A stretch of DNA of 64,000 bases from Chitinophagales bacterium (GTDB lineage Bacteria > Bacteroidota > Bacteroidia > Chitinophagales > JAUHXS01). The stretch is taken from the NCBI GenBank assembly GCA_965213575.1, contig CBDBZN010000018.1, positions 16,598 through 80,597 of the forward strand, read 5' to 3'. The notes under the pieces are model-generated. The model worked only from the letters and a program-made list of their open reading frames with translations. It did not search any database and was not told the origin of the DNA. A program made the translations under genes and the position numbers. Each line of letters opens with the position of its first letter. The first letter of the stretch is position 1. Below are positions 49,201 through 59,400 of the stretch, piece by piece.

Positions 49201-52200
49201 TGCTATACATTAACGTAGAGGGATCTAAAGACATGTTAATTCTACATTTAAAGCTATTATTTTGATTATTTACAATATCAATAATTACATTATTTCCACT
49301 CAGAGATGCAACCTTCCACCGATAAAGAATAGTATTGGCCGGATTGGAGGTGGGCTGAGGAATACTTTCATATAAGTCTGTACTAAATTCTTCTAATTCG
49401 TTCACAATGAAATTCCTTATCATACCACGCTTTTCCTTGATCACTGCCTTCATAAAATATTCGAATTGAATGGCAATAGGGCATTTACCGCATTCTACAA
49501 ATAACTGCTTTTGCACTTCTTTGCCCATACATTGTACTACATCTGCATCATTATCATACACGTCTACAGATCCGGGAAGGCCGTCATTAGCAGAAGGAAA
49601 GCGTTTGGCTTTATCTTTATAGAGGCTGTATTGATCTACATTACAAAATTGGCTTTCATTGTAAAATTCGCAAGAAGGGCAATCTTCTCCCATAAAATTG
49701 TATTTACAAGGATTAAACTCTTGGGAAGCTGTGCCGATACAGGCGTTATAACAACCGTTTACGATAGCATATTGCTGCTCTTCTTCTTCCATATATTTCC
49801 CTTTCAATTTGGCATAAAATCCATTGAAAATAGCCCACGCTTCATCATTCATAGTTGCTATGGTGATTGGATTGCTCGGCAAGCAATTAAGCATTTCATC
49901 AACCTTCTCTTTAAATTTATTGCACTTAGCAGACAAATAAGCCATCTCATAGATACTGAAATACCCTGACGTTCCATTGTTATTGTCGTAAAAATAATAG
50001 TCACGCATATCAGTAATCATCTCGCTTTTACGATCAGCTCCTTCTCCTCCGGGAGCAAAAAATGGGTCTACATTAGAAATGTTATCCGGGAGGTCGTTAG
50101 GAAAATCGCCTCCGGCATTTAAGTCTAATGGATTCCATAAATGTGCGTCACCGCTTCCTGATGGGTTCTCATCTTGGTTGAGTAGTGTCCAGTCATAATC
50201 ATTGCTAGTTGTATTTAAATTACACCAAGTATAATAACAGTACTCCGGGTGGTATGTCACTAAAGATTTTGCCCAAGAGGTGTCGAATTTTTCTATGAAT
50301 TCAGCTAAAGTGAGTTGATCCGGAGATACTAAATTACCTTCTGCGTTTAAAACCATGGCCAACTCACCATTTTTGTCCACGTATGGCGTACCGGGGTGTT
50401 GAAAATCATAATCCGGATTGGGAAATGAATTATTGATATTTAATAAGTTGATTTGCGAATCAGGTAAGACATAACTCTGTGTAGCTTGATCAAAATTAAA
50501 AGGTGCATACTGGCCACCCGGGCTCACATCTTTTAATAATGCTTTGTAGGCGGCCTCACAAGGATGGACTTGTTCATCACACAGCTTATCGCAATTTTTT
50601 TGTAACTCATTGTAGCCTTCCAAAGTAAGATATAGATAATTAGGATCGTAAGCAGAATGGCCGGGAGTCGCTTTGTTGATATTGTTGTGATCTGTATAGT
50701 TTCCCAGTTTTGTATTACAAGTGTTACAATCTTCTTCACAAGCTGTCAAGTCTACATATGATAATCTATCTTGATAAAAATCATAGAAACTTTTCGTACA
50801 ATTCGATGTATCTTCTAAATAAGTATTGGCATAGAAATCGGCTGCATCTTCTTTTATATGCAGTATTTTTGTGATGCTGTAATTGCCGGTAGCTAATGAA
50901 AGTGTAAAAGGTATATTAGTAGACGGTAAAGGGGCATTACAGGTTAAATCAAAAGGATTAATGCTCCCAATCATTCTTGTTTGGTTGGTAGGATCTACTA
51001 ATTCAGTACCGCATTCATCTTTAATACTCAGCGTCAAGCCATATACACATTCGGCGCAAACACTAGCGGGTAAACATTCCAACGTAAACTCTTGAGGGGT
51101 AACCTCGTATTCAAAATTATAATTACCTGCAGTAACAGCTAAAAACTCTCTAGACAATACAATATCATTGCCGTTTACTATATTTTCATTACCCGGATCG
51201 GTGGTATTTACACCATTTATTAAGTTGATATTTTTAGTAAGTGTTTGAATGGAAGGTAAATCATCCAAATCTTCTCTGGCTTCATCAGCCATAGCTGTGA
51301 TAATAACTTTTCCTTGTTGATCAAGATAACTCACGCTTTTTTGTCCATTAGCATCCACTACTAAATTTTTCTTGTAATGAGCTACCCAGGCTGCATCACT
51401 ACCTAATAAAGGATCCAACTCTTCTTGAGCCGGCTTGCCGTAATAATATTTTGTCTCGTGCTCACTATTTAATTGATAAGTTGCCCCTACTCCACCTTGC
51501 CGCCTGATCCTTCCGGTATTATCCGGTGTAAATTCGATATGTGTAAATGGATAACCTTCGGCATTTGGTAAGAGTGCTTGGTAATCATCCTGGTCCGGGT
51601 TGTTAGGAGAGTAATATAAAGCTGCTCCTGAGGTGTTATTCATCGGGCCTATTGCCGCTTCACAATCAGTTGAGCCTTCTACATCGAAGTTGTCTTTACT
51701 ATAAGGCACGTTGCCGGAAGGTGATAAGTTGAAATTTTCATAATACTTAATATCATTTTCATTAGTCACATTCGGAACGGACAATGCTTGAACAGCCGCT
51801 CTACCTTGATGGTCATAAAAAGTTTCACCTATTATGGTTTGATCTTCAGTGTTTAGTTTGCTCACTACTTGTCGGTTACGCAAGCTACCGTCAAAATAAC
51901 TGATGCTTTCTTTTCTCTTGCCTTCTTCAGCAAAATTGGCATTGTACTGCCAATTAAACTTTTGCTCATGGCCGGCAAAATCGACTTCGCCCATTGTTTC
52001 ATCAAAGAAACTATACACGCCATTAGTTAAATCACTTACCTGCCCTTTGTCTACCGCTGACCATGCTCCATATATTAATTTGCCTGGATTATTAATATCT
52101 TTTCCTACTCCTCGTACTCTGTATAAAATGTATCCCCTTTCAAAGACTAAAGGAATAGTATATGATTGTTCTCCGGTGCTGATCCGGGTGCTGTTATATT

Positions 52201-52921
52201 TAAAGTCAAAAGGAATTGCATTAGCCGGCTTTGAAGTAAGTATTTGTCCTGTCAGTAAATCAACATTCCCTACATTATCTACCCAAAGCCATTCCAGGTC
52301 AAAATATTCAGCGCCATCTAAATAACTCCAAGCAAATTCTAGCTCTCCAATGCCGTTTTCACTGTAATCAATAGAAGTGGTAGGCGAAGCGGTAATAGTT
52401 GTTACTATTCCATTAGGATCGAAAGCATATATTCTTTCAATATGCATCTCTGACGCTAAGTAGGCATTAGGAAGCGGATTAATTACATTTATTACCTCAA
52501 TAAATACGCTATGGCCTCCGGTAAAAATAAATATATCCATAGCATCTGATATACTATCCGCTGAGGGATTGTATAGTAATTCTAATGTTTGGGAAAGTGT
52601 AGTAGTACTAAAATTTTCGTCTTCGTAAGTTATTTCAAGTTCAATAATCATCGTATCGGCAGCTACTAGTTGATTGTAATTAGCGTCAATGCCTAACATG
52701 ACTTTATTAATAACTGATAAATTATTGAACTCTGCCCTCCACTGAGGATCGTTTTGCTGCATATAAAAATATTGGTGATCAACTAATTCAAAGACGAGGT
52801 CATTATCAATTTCATTCGCATATATTTGAGTGCGCAGTGCTTCGGTACCTGCATAAGACTGCCCGATAAACATCAATAGTAAACCAATAAATTTATATGC
52901 TTTGAAATATTTTTCTATCAT
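42539..52921 (-). CDS. giant RHS/YD-repeat polymorphic toxin (3460-aa ORF as read)
   Basis: Sec-type leader MIEKYFKAYKFIGLLLMFIGQSYAG. DUF6443-like segment (...KRKESISYFDGSLRNRQVVSK...FYDHQGRAAVQ). Cys-rich middle. Many YD repeats (YSYDQAGNLIQ, YQYNSLNQLIEQNTPDGGTTVFYYDELGRLI, YSYDIHGNV, YRYDQLNRI, LQYDANGNI, YDYDAVGNL, FEYDGNGNRI). LamG insert. YYPFGM, core end SPYAYVFNTPIQATDPDGN, then a variable tip. Confidence 0.9.
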   Translation of the reverse strand: MIEKYFKAYKFIGLLLMFIGQSYAGTEALRTQIYANEIDNDLVFELVDHQYFYMQQNDPQWRAEFNNLSVINKVMLGIDANYNQLVAADTMIIELEITYEDENFSTTTLSQTLELLYNPSADSISDAMDIFIFTGGHSVFIEVINVINPLPNAYLASEMHIERIYAFDPNGIVTTITASPTTSIDYSENGIGELEFAWSYLDGAEYFDLEWLWVDNVGNVDLLTGQILTSKPANAIPFDFKYNSTRISTGEQSYTIPLVFERGYILYRVRGVGKDINNPGKLIYGAWSAVDKGQVSDLTNGVYSFFDETMGEVDFAGHEQKFNWQYNANFAEEGKRKESISYFDGSLRNRQVVSKLNTEDQTIIGETFYDHQGRAAVQALSVPNVTNENDIKYYENFNLSPSGNVPYSKDNFDVEGSTDCEAAIGPMNNTSGAALYYSPNNPDQDDYQALLPNAEGYPFTHIEFTPDNTGRIRRQGGVGATYQLNSEHETKYYYGKPAQEELDPLLGSDAAWVAHYKKNLVVDANGQKSVSYLDQQGKVIITAMADEAREDLDDLPSIQTLTKNINLINGVNTTDPGNENIVNGNDIVLSREFLAVTAGNYNFEYEVTPQEFTLECLPASVCAECVYGLTLSIKDECGTELVDPTNQTRMIGSINPFDLTCNAPLPSTNIPFTLSLATGNYSITKILHIKEDAADFYANTYLEDTSNCTKSFYDFYQDRLSYVDLTACEEDCNTCNTKLGNYTDHNNINKATPGHSAYDPNYLYLTLEGYNELQKNCDKLCDEQVHPCEAAYKALLKDVSPGGQYAPFNFDQATQSYVLPDSQINLLNINNSFPNPDYDFQHPGTPYVDKNGELAMVLNAEGNLVSPDQLTLAEFIEKFDTSWAKSLVTYHPEYCYYTWCNLNTTSNDYDWTLLNQDENPSGSGDAHLWNPLDLNAGGDFPNDLPDNISNVDPFFAPGGEGADRKSEMITDMRDYYFYDNNNGTSGYFSIYEMAYLSAKCNKFKEKVDEMLNCLPSNPITIATMNDEAWAIFNGFYAKLKGKYMEEEEQQYAIVNGCYNACIGTASQEFNPCKYNFMGEDCPSCEFYNESQFCNVDQYSLYKDKAKRFPSANDGLPGSVDVYDNDADVVQCMGKEVQKQLFVECGKCPIAIQFEYFMKAVIKEKRGMIRNFIVNELEEFSTDLYESIPQPTSNPANTILYRWKVASLSGNNVIIDIVNNQNNSFKCRINMSLDPSTLMYSNGTTASWTQLIEIVSIKHKVSGSNFDFILRGKFSKLINGQRDTIEGVASGTSTCFEVGGCPNVEVCEKAAVANDFQNLLNLLLKDRNSLNVTQGLAVEPYNKIMTNNLRFAGAGNYSYSGTTSLNVLDAEIQYSGQTSCEIDMTIITPNYNFNNITDFFDIQPSSMQQATTNAFTIKAHASDGAIIELQGSAGCYNFGFDCAEYVAVEGCNVEKQLFAGTQTVYEENFNNIPDENNPPFNTFTSTLVDDCDYLCTNGFQHSFINNTNTCTFDGQTVFLGSDPSTFFHVTHASIVPPFNNTTNTSQNDFAVFEKTIVVENGCEYDFNIRSMLTYYANTCVQPFINIYFNNQSFLNIYLPSNDIGSWQNYSKIWIADNNNLTIRIELEYGLCFNGDSLENSSNTCNINYASGFALDDIKLVKTASSVVECIKNPLCDTPRTTPALNINAALACKETLLEQARYDAEQAYQYYADSVLADFQALYRKNCSNTEEIYTVNYSEKEFHYTLYSYDQAGNLIQTVPPAGVNRITDVNTLNQINNYRLDPVNNNPVDPGHTFKTNYQYNSLNQLIEQNTPDGGTTVFYYDELGRLIISQNAKQALHEPDPQYSYTQYDNLGRIIEVGEIETSTDPASLITGGSQIPYQDEFIANFLPSGTQTEVTKTTYSQPSTLFISQNNLRNRVSSVSIDNDGDDNPEYLTHYSYDIHGNVKTLVQQNPTLTAINEEFKKIDYEYDLVSGNVNFIYYQGGMPDAFHHQYCYDADNRITQVLTSKDGICWERDAKYFYYQHGPLARVEIGEDKVQAYDYAYTLQGWVKNVNSNALNPPYDPGQDGYADSTNNLNSYIAKDAYGFSLGYHNNDYTAISGNQQFLTSITALPNIGTAAPNLYNGNISHMVTSLATPILTGGAGSGSGGDEKTTQLHAYRYDQLNRIKQMKAYADFDFENNVWGATEDDRYKTNLQYDANGNILRLKRNATATNLDMDQMGYHYITGTNKLDYVEDTIINSNWMMDIENQDPGNYDYDAVGNLTADFSEDIESIDWTVYGKVKEVKRIMGSSKPDLTFEYDGNGNRIRKIVKSDPTDPLTWITTNYVRDASGNILATYRGDAPAGTYEVNEHMIYGSSRVGVKKQRAASSKLTRGDKSYELTNHLGNVLAVVTDKKLAIISQTEICSSLSFDGNDDYVRVPYAPNQNLGTGNFTIEAWIKADSATTTPYGIINNIDGGNLGYKIFVNPISSTIGVQISESTVITGATYIKDNSWHHIALVRSGIDVTLYIDGSIDGSTISSTDLTSTEDIIIGSFNTNGFVPFLGGIDEVRIWNIERSQTEIQNSMSTKLTGAEIGLLAYWNFEEGSGQVVQDLSPNGFDGTLGLSSAVENNDPTWTTDGQACILNLSYAPDIVSTQNYYPFGMLMPTCETPIESYLATMEDDREEIERAQFYESYDSINITAMSQMNHTDSLDKLKVLALDKDGSAAQGLRKTVPVLKGDSIVMQAYAKFLPNLSKDKSKEMSLPIMAILAPLTYLTPIGEYGMQVAKLIPPILNLPLPLLGGDSYEGTPTAYLNYRLYNKDSVLIDSAQIAVSEEAMDGAKPSGKAKRDTLDDTHDHLMLTKGIKEDGYIEVYLSNTSDQEYRVYFDDYQITRMENALCEADELRYPFGFNGKENLNEVYSTTGGVVDLGERWLDTRLGRTPTSDDMARMYPDQSPYAYVFNTPIQATDPDGNVVIFINGFNGGSGGNPSYWGGFDKQVQQVIGDYSARYYDGSSGGIGSTTFNALEGLIEGGIAGSFFGNPILGAVGGTLFELSANSNVNSIKRIQAGKAMGQAQAAEIFDNLSEGETIKIVTHSMGTAYSRGFVQALSEYAESQGIEKFQLEYQIDLAAFQGSSLPKPTEVKQLDFKSGDIDNVANGILGRLIGGTGSSNIPGGRKLKVAKGTGHGIGEFTTGDIPTLNRGNSRALKTFLNTRETTIDFQENNPGLVLIIVCFSMLFSSCRRNERQKQKLQEMRESIPDVMGEAEKRRDSMLLAFTFNQFINKDYYELHYLHQYRKKGYQVNIYVDDIFYSPDSLKLFAFIIVEMPTAAEWNQNSLEDSTKQWYYASYDWIGFRENTNEIWKLYPFHKNRSNGYATYETVQFNLRDYYFDEIKDAIHFKTNCSLVDTCFWTEEKIWKKAEFVEGYYDFQIAPGYYDYQIKGKEEWFKKQWNTRPLSEFLLPIPDVEYPEELLKKY
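43298..44053 (-). other. C-terminal toxin tip: alpha/beta-hydrolase (lipase/esterase-like) domain
   Basis: Begins right after DPDGN. VVIFINGFNGG (oxyanion-region-like) and the nucleophile elbow VTHSMG (encoded at 43679..43693) fit a GxSxG serine hydrolase. Confidence 0.55.
44264..45008 (-). repeat. 745-bp direct repeat, main-gene copy
   Basis: See 41398..42142. Confidence 0.9.
45121..45697 (-). other. LamG / concanavalin-A-like lectin domain inserted near the end of the RHS shell
   Basis: LSFDGNDDYVRVPY...GNFTIEAWIK...NSWHHIALVRSG.DVTLYIDG...IIIG....F.G.IDEVRIWN..RSQTEIQ is the Laminin_G_3 pattern. Confidence 0.65.
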
Positions 52922-52924
52922 ACT

Positions 52925-53629
52925 TTAATATCTGGTATTTATAAAATTTCGGAGTTCGTAATTTTTAAACCTCTCCGTAACAACCCAATTTTCATCCGGC
53001 TGCTTAATAACATAGTTGCTCATATTAAATAAGGCAGGATTTTGAACAGTATATACAATATTGCTGAAAATCATCTGCAAATGTGGCTTGCCGGATAATT
53101 GTGAGTCTTTTGTCAACTGCTGTGGAGTGCCGTAATATAAATCCAGCTTATTGATCAGGTGAGTTTTTGAATCATAATATATAGTCAGGCTATCATAAAA
53201 TCCGTTTACAAATTTTACTGCTATAAATCCTTCATTATTTGATACTTGTTTGATATTGATCAAAATATTTTCTTTATATAATTCTACTATATCTAGAGAT
53301 AATACATCCGTTGCTTGAATATCTGTCAATTCTCTTTTTGATAAAATGATATTTTTAGCAGATTGGTCAATGACACATATTTCATTAGCTGATTTTATGG
53401 TAATTATTTCCGCTTGTTGTTGAAAAAGCTTTATGCCATCTTTTATAATTTTACCTTTTGCCACATCTATCGTTTGATCCGTAGCAGGATTTGGATAAAC
53501 TTTATATAGTACATCCATGGTGAGAACAGGATGCTCTATATAAGCACGGTTAATTTCTACTAATACTGGATGGTTAGCGTAGACTCCGGCTGTTAATAAG
53601 AGTACGATTAATAAACACTTAACTTTCAT
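52925..53629 (-). CDS. small secreted protein, unknown function
   Basis: Signal peptide MKVKCLLIVLLLTAGVYA. 234 aa. Stop lies 3 nt before the RHS start, which suggests translational coupling. Confidence 0.5.
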   Translation of the reverse strand: MKVKCLLIVLLLTAGVYANHPVLVEINRAYIEHPVLTMDVLYKVYPNPATDQTIDVAKGKIIKDGIKLFQQQAEIITIKSANEICVIDQSAKNIILSKRELTDIQATDVLSLDIVELYKENILINIKQVSNNEGFIAVKFVNGFYDSLTIYYDSKTHLINKLDLYYGTPQQLTKDSQLSGKPHLQMIFSNIVYTVQNPALFNMSNYVIKQPDENWVVTERFKNYELRNFINTRY

Positions 53630-53739
53630 TTTATTTTTAGTTTGAGTTTTTAGCTAGTAGCACATAGTCGATAGCCCATGGTTTTTGATTTTCTGATACT
53701 ACTTCTGTCATCTTACTTCTATTTCTCATTAAAAATTCA

Positions 53740-56379
53740 TCACTCAACATTTAAAATTTTCCTAATCCATTTCCCGGCCTTACTATTAGATTTTTGTTTA
53801 AGTTTATTATTCAATTCGTCTTGTTTATTTTTTGCATTGTTGAGCTTTTCTTCTGCCTGTTGTTTTTTGGAGTTAATTTTGTGGGTATGCTTATCGGCTT
53901 CCTCTTTTATTTTACTTTTCCCTTCTCCAATGGCATCTTGTATGCCATCTTCAGAAAATTCAGGCAAATCGCTTTCGTTAATATCTTCTTCTTTGAGATC
54001 CTGTTCTTCTAATTTTTGTTTTTGCTGTTTTAAGGAACTAGATGGCGGTGAGGTAGATATGGAGTCCTCTTGATTTATATTAGCATTGGTTTTTTCCGTA
54101 GGTGATGATTTCGCCTTTGTTGGAGTTGTTTTTAAAGTAGTTTTAGGTGTATTCACATTTGTTTGAGAGGTTGACTCAGGTGATTGTAATCTTTGTAAAG
54201 TGCTTTCATCACCCATGTACGTATGATTTCTGCTTTCCTGAATAGTCATAATGCCTCTTTCCGTTTCTTTTTTTACACGGACTAATGCCCCTTCTAAGTC
54301 ATATTCGTAAAACGTAGCATAGTTATTTTCATCTAGTTCAGCCATTAGCCTATTCGTCAGGGGATCATACACAAAAGATTTCATGTTCGCATCAACAGGA
54401 TGCATACGGATATCATCAAAATAAACGTCAATACCACTACTGACGCCACTCAAATTTTTTAGCTTTACTTCTATATCTGTTGTGTTTAAAGGCACTGTAA
54501 ACTCCCCTTCTATCCGCTGCCAAAACTCAATAATATCCCCCGATGGACTAAATGTGGCGCTTCCATTTGCTGCACCATCATTAGTATAGATTAACTCTAC
54601 CTGAGGAGAAGTATAATGGGTTAAGTATTGGCTAGGATTAATCTCTCTCGCCCACGCCGATAGCAAATAGGGTTTTCCTACTTCCGGAGCGAAGTTTTCA
54701 CCACAGTCGTCGCATTGAGTGGTATACCCACCACAAACTTCTTTGAAAACTATATCGTCAATACCAAAATCACATCCTATTCCTACCGAGTTATTTATGT
54801 AAAGACTTATTGGTACTGTTCCTTCAGTACTTTCTGAATTCCAAATACCTCTACGCTGCACCCAACCAGAAATATCATATTTTGAAATGATGGCATCAAT
54901 ATCTTCATTATTTATTCTTAGCTCACATGGACATGGAGGTTCATTGCCAAAACGATGGCCTCGAGTCCATAGTGAAAATTCATAAGTTGTATTCTGTTTT
55001 ATATTAATATCCTGTACCCAAACATCACCCGAATCATTTGTGTATCCATCCATCATTAAAAAATTACCTACACCGGGATTTGTTCTTTCTTCAATAGAAT
55101 CAAAATTGTTACAATGTTCATGAGAATTTTTTACAACACAATAAGATTGTGACTGACAAGAACACACATTAGGAATAGTACCCGTTCCGAAACCAACATT
55201 TCCTAATTCGAAATCTGCATTGATTACACTATTTTTACAAGGACATTCATCCTCAATATTTATATCTTCTTCAAAATATCTTGAGTTACATCCTGTTGAT
55301 CCGGAATAACTAATTGTTAAAGAAACAGTATATGTCCCACCCGTATTGTAAACATGTGTAGGAAGTGCTTCAGTAGAGGTGTTACCGTCTCCAAAATCCC
55401 ATAAATATGTTTCATCGATATAGGTTCCTACTGCAGCATTATAAAATGGTAATATAATATTTGAACAAGGCTCATTTAAAACTTCGATTGCATCTTGGAA
55501 ACAACTCCCATCAATGTAGGCATAACCTGCATGAGCCCCAAGGCCGCAATCAAAAGTAGAAAATTCTATTGTAACAGTTTGTCCTATATAATTAGATAAA
55601 TCTACAACGTTTGGAGACCAAGGCTTATAAACATATCTTGAAAAGTTTATGTCTATTGTTGTAAAGCCTTCTATTCCTTGTCCCGCTGATACATCAAATT
55701 CAGAGCATGGTATAATTTGATTATTTTGATCTAACATTTCTACTCTAAATCTCGGTTGTTGTGATTGGATATGTCCAGGGTCTTCCAATACAACAGCATA
55801 ATAGTAAGTATAAGTACTATTTTCTTCGGTTACTAGAAAAGTTTGCATTATAGACTCAGCTTCTGCACCTGCAATTATATTTCCTAATCTTAAAGAATAT
55901 GTACCTCCTGGAAGTACTCTGGGAAAATTTCCTATTGGATCTAAACCATCAGACATTATTACATGCCTTGTATTACCAAATCCACTTATAGTACAGCCAA
56001 TAGGCACAGTGCATGGTGAATCACAACAATTTGTTCTACAAGAACTATGTGAGGTATTGCATCCTATAGTTCCTTCCCATCCAGTAAAATCACCTGTTTC
56101 AAAATCAACATTCGTACAAGGTTGAGTTCCTCCTGAATTTTCTAAAGTTGGATTTATTTGATATACTTTATTCCAAGTGCCTAATTTAGTTCCTATATAT
56201 TTACTTTTCTCATATCTAATGATTCCTTCTATCTCATTAGCGTGTGTACCATTATTGTTTAAAATAGCTCTTAGAGAGTCTTCATTAAAACTATTTGCTA
56301 TCTGGTTGTTATCTATAACTTGGCCAGTAACACAAAAGGATATAATTATATTTAAAATAAAAACATTAAATATTTTCAT
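53740..56379 (-). CDS. secreted Cys-rich PKD-domain protein with YD-like C-terminal block and low-complexity K/E/Q tail
   Basis: Leader MKIFNVFILNIIISFCVTGQ. PKD pattern YLWDFGDGNTSTEALPTHVYNTGGTYTVSLTISY. ...VYFDDIRMHPVDANMKSFVYDPLTNRLMAELDENNYATFYEYDLEGALVRVKKETERG. The last 160 or so aa are S/T/P-rich and then K/E/Q-rich. Confidence 0.7.
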   Translation of the reverse strand: MKIFNVFILNIIISFCVTGQVIDNNQIANSFNEDSLRAILNNNGTHANEIEGIIRYEKSKYIGTKLGTWNKVYQINPTLENSGGTQPCTNVDFETGDFTGWEGTIGCNTSHSSCRTNCCDSPCTVPIGCTISGFGNTRHVIMSDGLDPIGNFPRVLPGGTYSLRLGNIIAGAEAESIMQTFLVTEENSTYTYYYAVVLEDPGHIQSQQPRFRVEMLDQNNQIIPCSEFDVSAGQGIEGFTTIDINFSRYVYKPWSPNVVDLSNYIGQTVTIEFSTFDCGLGAHAGYAYIDGSCFQDAIEVLNEPCSNIILPFYNAAVGTYIDETYLWDFGDGNTSTEALPTHVYNTGGTYTVSLTISYSGSTGCNSRYFEEDINIEDECPCKNSVINADFELGNVGFGTGTIPNVCSCQSQSYCVVKNSHEHCNNFDSIEERTNPGVGNFLMMDGYTNDSGDVWVQDINIKQNTTYEFSLWTRGHRFGNEPPCPCELRINNEDIDAIISKYDISGWVQRRGIWNSESTEGTVPISLYINNSVGIGCDFGIDDIVFKEVCGGYTTQCDDCGENFAPEVGKPYLLSAWAREINPSQYLTHYTSPQVELIYTNDGAANGSATFSPSGDIIEFWQRIEGEFTVPLNTTDIEVKLKNLSGVSSGIDVYFDDIRMHPVDANMKSFVYDPLTNRLMAELDENNYATFYEYDLEGALVRVKKETERGIMTIQESRNHTYMGDESTLQRLQSPESTSQTNVNTPKTTLKTTPTKAKSSPTEKTNANINQEDSISTSPPSSSLKQQKQKLEEQDLKEEDINESDLPEFSEDGIQDAIGEGKSKIKEEADKHTHKINSKKQQAEEKLNNAKNKQDELNNKLKQKSNSKAGKWIRKILNVE

Positions 56380-56424
56380 ATTTGAATTGGAGTTTTGTGA
56401 AGTATAATATAGTTTTCCAATATT

Positions 56425-59400
56425 TTAATTTTCTCTAGGTAAAGGTTCCTCAGCACACTCCAACTTCTTCGTCACGCTATAGGCTTCTCCACCTTGGAGT
56501 TTAACACTGTTTCTGCCGGAATGTGTGATGTTATTTTCAAGGGTAGGAGTTGATTGCTCGAAAGAAAAATGCCTTTTATAACAAATAGGAGAATAGCCGT
56601 TATAACTTTGATATTGGTAATAATCCTCAAAATTATCAAAAGCAATGTCCGTTTTTTTAGCGTTAGACGATACTGCTGTGGGTAAGTTGTAATTATAGCC
56701 GTATAACGCACTCGAGTATCTGCCTAAAGCATCTTTGTTTTCTGTCTCCGCTCCGTAGCTGGAAAATTTTGTAACCTCGGAGGTAGATTGCCATCCGGCG
56801 TAGGTAGGTGTCCAAGGGGCTTCTGTATTTGCAGGGAGTGTCCAAAATGGACTAAAGGTAGTCATCAAACCATCATAGCGTGTTTCTATGGAAGCAGTCA
56901 TTTGTTCCCGGTTCGTTAGATACAACCACGACTTTTTTGCCCGCCAATTACCTAATATACCTTGGGTATAAGGATTTACAACATCTCCTACCTGAAAGCC
57001 ACAGTCGCAAACAGTATTCCATTCGTCATCAAACTCTACCGCACTGGCATTTAATATGCTGTCATTGTCAATATTTATCATACCGTTTTCATAAGGGCGA
57101 CCTAAGGAGGTAATGCTTCCTATAGGCGTTGTTTGTTGATTACGCCTGCCTGAACGCACTATTTTAATAGAGGCATCGGTATAATTTACATAACTGCCAA
57201 ATTCATCAATGATTTCCATCTCATTGCCAGTAATACTGTATACCCAAGCTTTAATGGCGCTCGAGTTGCCCGTAATTAATAACTCATCACCCGGCATGAA
57301 ATATGGAGAAGGATTAGCACCGAAATTCCATATGCCTTCATCAATAGTTATATTGTTAAAACGGATGCCGCTATTTTTAGCTGCAGGCCCCATGCCATCA
57401 TATGCCCAATGAGCGGGATAAGTGAGATTGTAAACCGGATCTTCAAAGTCATTTTGAGTTTGTGTTAACAATACCTCCCCTGTTTCTGCATCATACAATT
57501 TATTTTGAGTGGTTACCTTAGAGCCTAAATCAGTAGCTACTACTTTCCAATAACCCAAACCTATTGATGATTTTAGTAAAAGTCATCGACCTAAAACGCA
57601 TGGTTTCAGAATAAGTAGTCGGGAAAATTGCCGGAATGGCTGCCGGAATGATTCCTAAAACAAATAAATCTCCATTAACACTAATTGTAGAGGAAAAAGC
57701 AACGGTAATCTGCTCACGAGCATCTGTAAAAGCTTCATAATCGATTCCTACATTTGTGTTAACGATCGTACCATCATCCATGATTACTTCAGCATTATTA
57801 TCCAGCCGTTTATCATTATTGGCCATCATTTTATAATTGTATTTGACAGACGAGATGGGAGATTCAGGCTTATCTTCTTGGTATACTTGTTGGCTCTTAG
57901 GTTTACCATGCATATCATTCAGCTCTACCGAAAATCCTTGTGTAACAGTTTGATGATCTACAGAGGTAGTTTTAAATAATGCAAATAAGGGACGAGACTT
58001 AAATGGAGCGGGAGGAGCATCCGTATATCTAGTGACTACCGGAAAATCACGTGCTGTATAAAATTCGTGCTCAACATAACCCGTAGCAGACCGCTTAACA
58101 TTTGCATATTGCAAATTCCTAACAGTAACTTTACTATAACCTACAACCGGAGCCGGAAAATATGACTCACTTACTGGTTCTTCTATATATGCTGCATCAT
58201 CTTCAGCTAAGCGTTTTTCTACATTATAATTAATTGGCTGCCTAAGTGGGTTTTCATCTCCTCCAATAATAGGTTCATAAGCAGCTACTCCACTACTGAT
58301 ATCACCATAAACCGGATCATTAATTTTGTAATCGTATTCTTGGCCATAACTAGATGTAATGCCGTTATTATTCGTTTGTGCAGCCCAGTTATCAAATATC
58401 TCTACTTTCTTAACTCTTACGCCACCTCCAAGTTTTTTCATATTCGGATGGTTTAACCGGATCCAACTTCTACCTGCTACAAAATTTCTGGAAAAATTTT
58501 TATTGAATAGTTTTGTATTGAAACCGGTTACTAACTCTGTAACAGCTGTCAGCGATCCTACTAATGCTTTGATTAATTGTCCTGCACCTGTTTGGGTGAG
58601 TTCAGACTGATTATATGCCAGGCGAGGCAAATATTGCTTTGTAAATTGCCAACTTGCTTTTGAAATTGGATTGGCAGGAGTGTTGTTAGATGCTTGTACT
58701 TTTACCGATTTAATTTTAACACAACCATACGCCGTATTATCTGAGGCATTGATAGCATCTCCATCCAATTCCACATAGCCCGGCACATATTCGTAAAAGT
58801 CTTTATTACCTTTAGAACCCAGCTTCATAAGAAATTTAAAATATAAATTTTTAATTCCTCTAGTATAGATAGCCGGATCATCAGTTGAATTTGATTTTTT
58901 AAAGAAAAGGTAGTCAAAAACTTTATCCTGATCGGATAAAGCTTTATTAAATAATTGGGAGGAGCGATTACTATAAGCATTGGTATTACCGGCTCCTAAA
59001 ATCTTAAACATTTGTGCAGCTCGTTTATCTTGCACAAAAGCATAATCATCAGCTTCATAATTGACTGCTATTCGGCCACCTGACGGTAAATCAATGGAAG
59101 ACATGGCCCATGCTGATGCAAAATCATCCTGATATTGCCTGTTTTGTTCAGTATAGGGAAAATCTTGATTATTGGGAGGAAGTGATTCATTTTTAATAGT
59201 ACAATTGCCATTTAAACAAATGTTGCTACAAAAGTCATCCTCACTATGTGTTGTTTCGTAATAAATATCATAATCAGCTGTTCCGGGGTTAGGTTTAAAG
59301 TATCCCCACCTATCGTACCCTTTAAGATTATACTTAGGATTTATATTATCATAATTAAATCTATAAGAATTAAGTTTTCCTTTATTAGATTTTCCGTAAG

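Noticed and set aside
43051-52325. Numerous 60-150-aa ORFs nested in or antisense to the RHS gene (e.g. 49511..49969, 51903..52325, 48984..49265)
   Set aside because: They are shadow ORFs typical of long AT-rich genes, with no motifs and no independent start signals. The same holds for the shadows of the kinase, ABC, TonB-receptor and PKD genes (e.g. 53678..54073, 53794..54012, 17602..17919).
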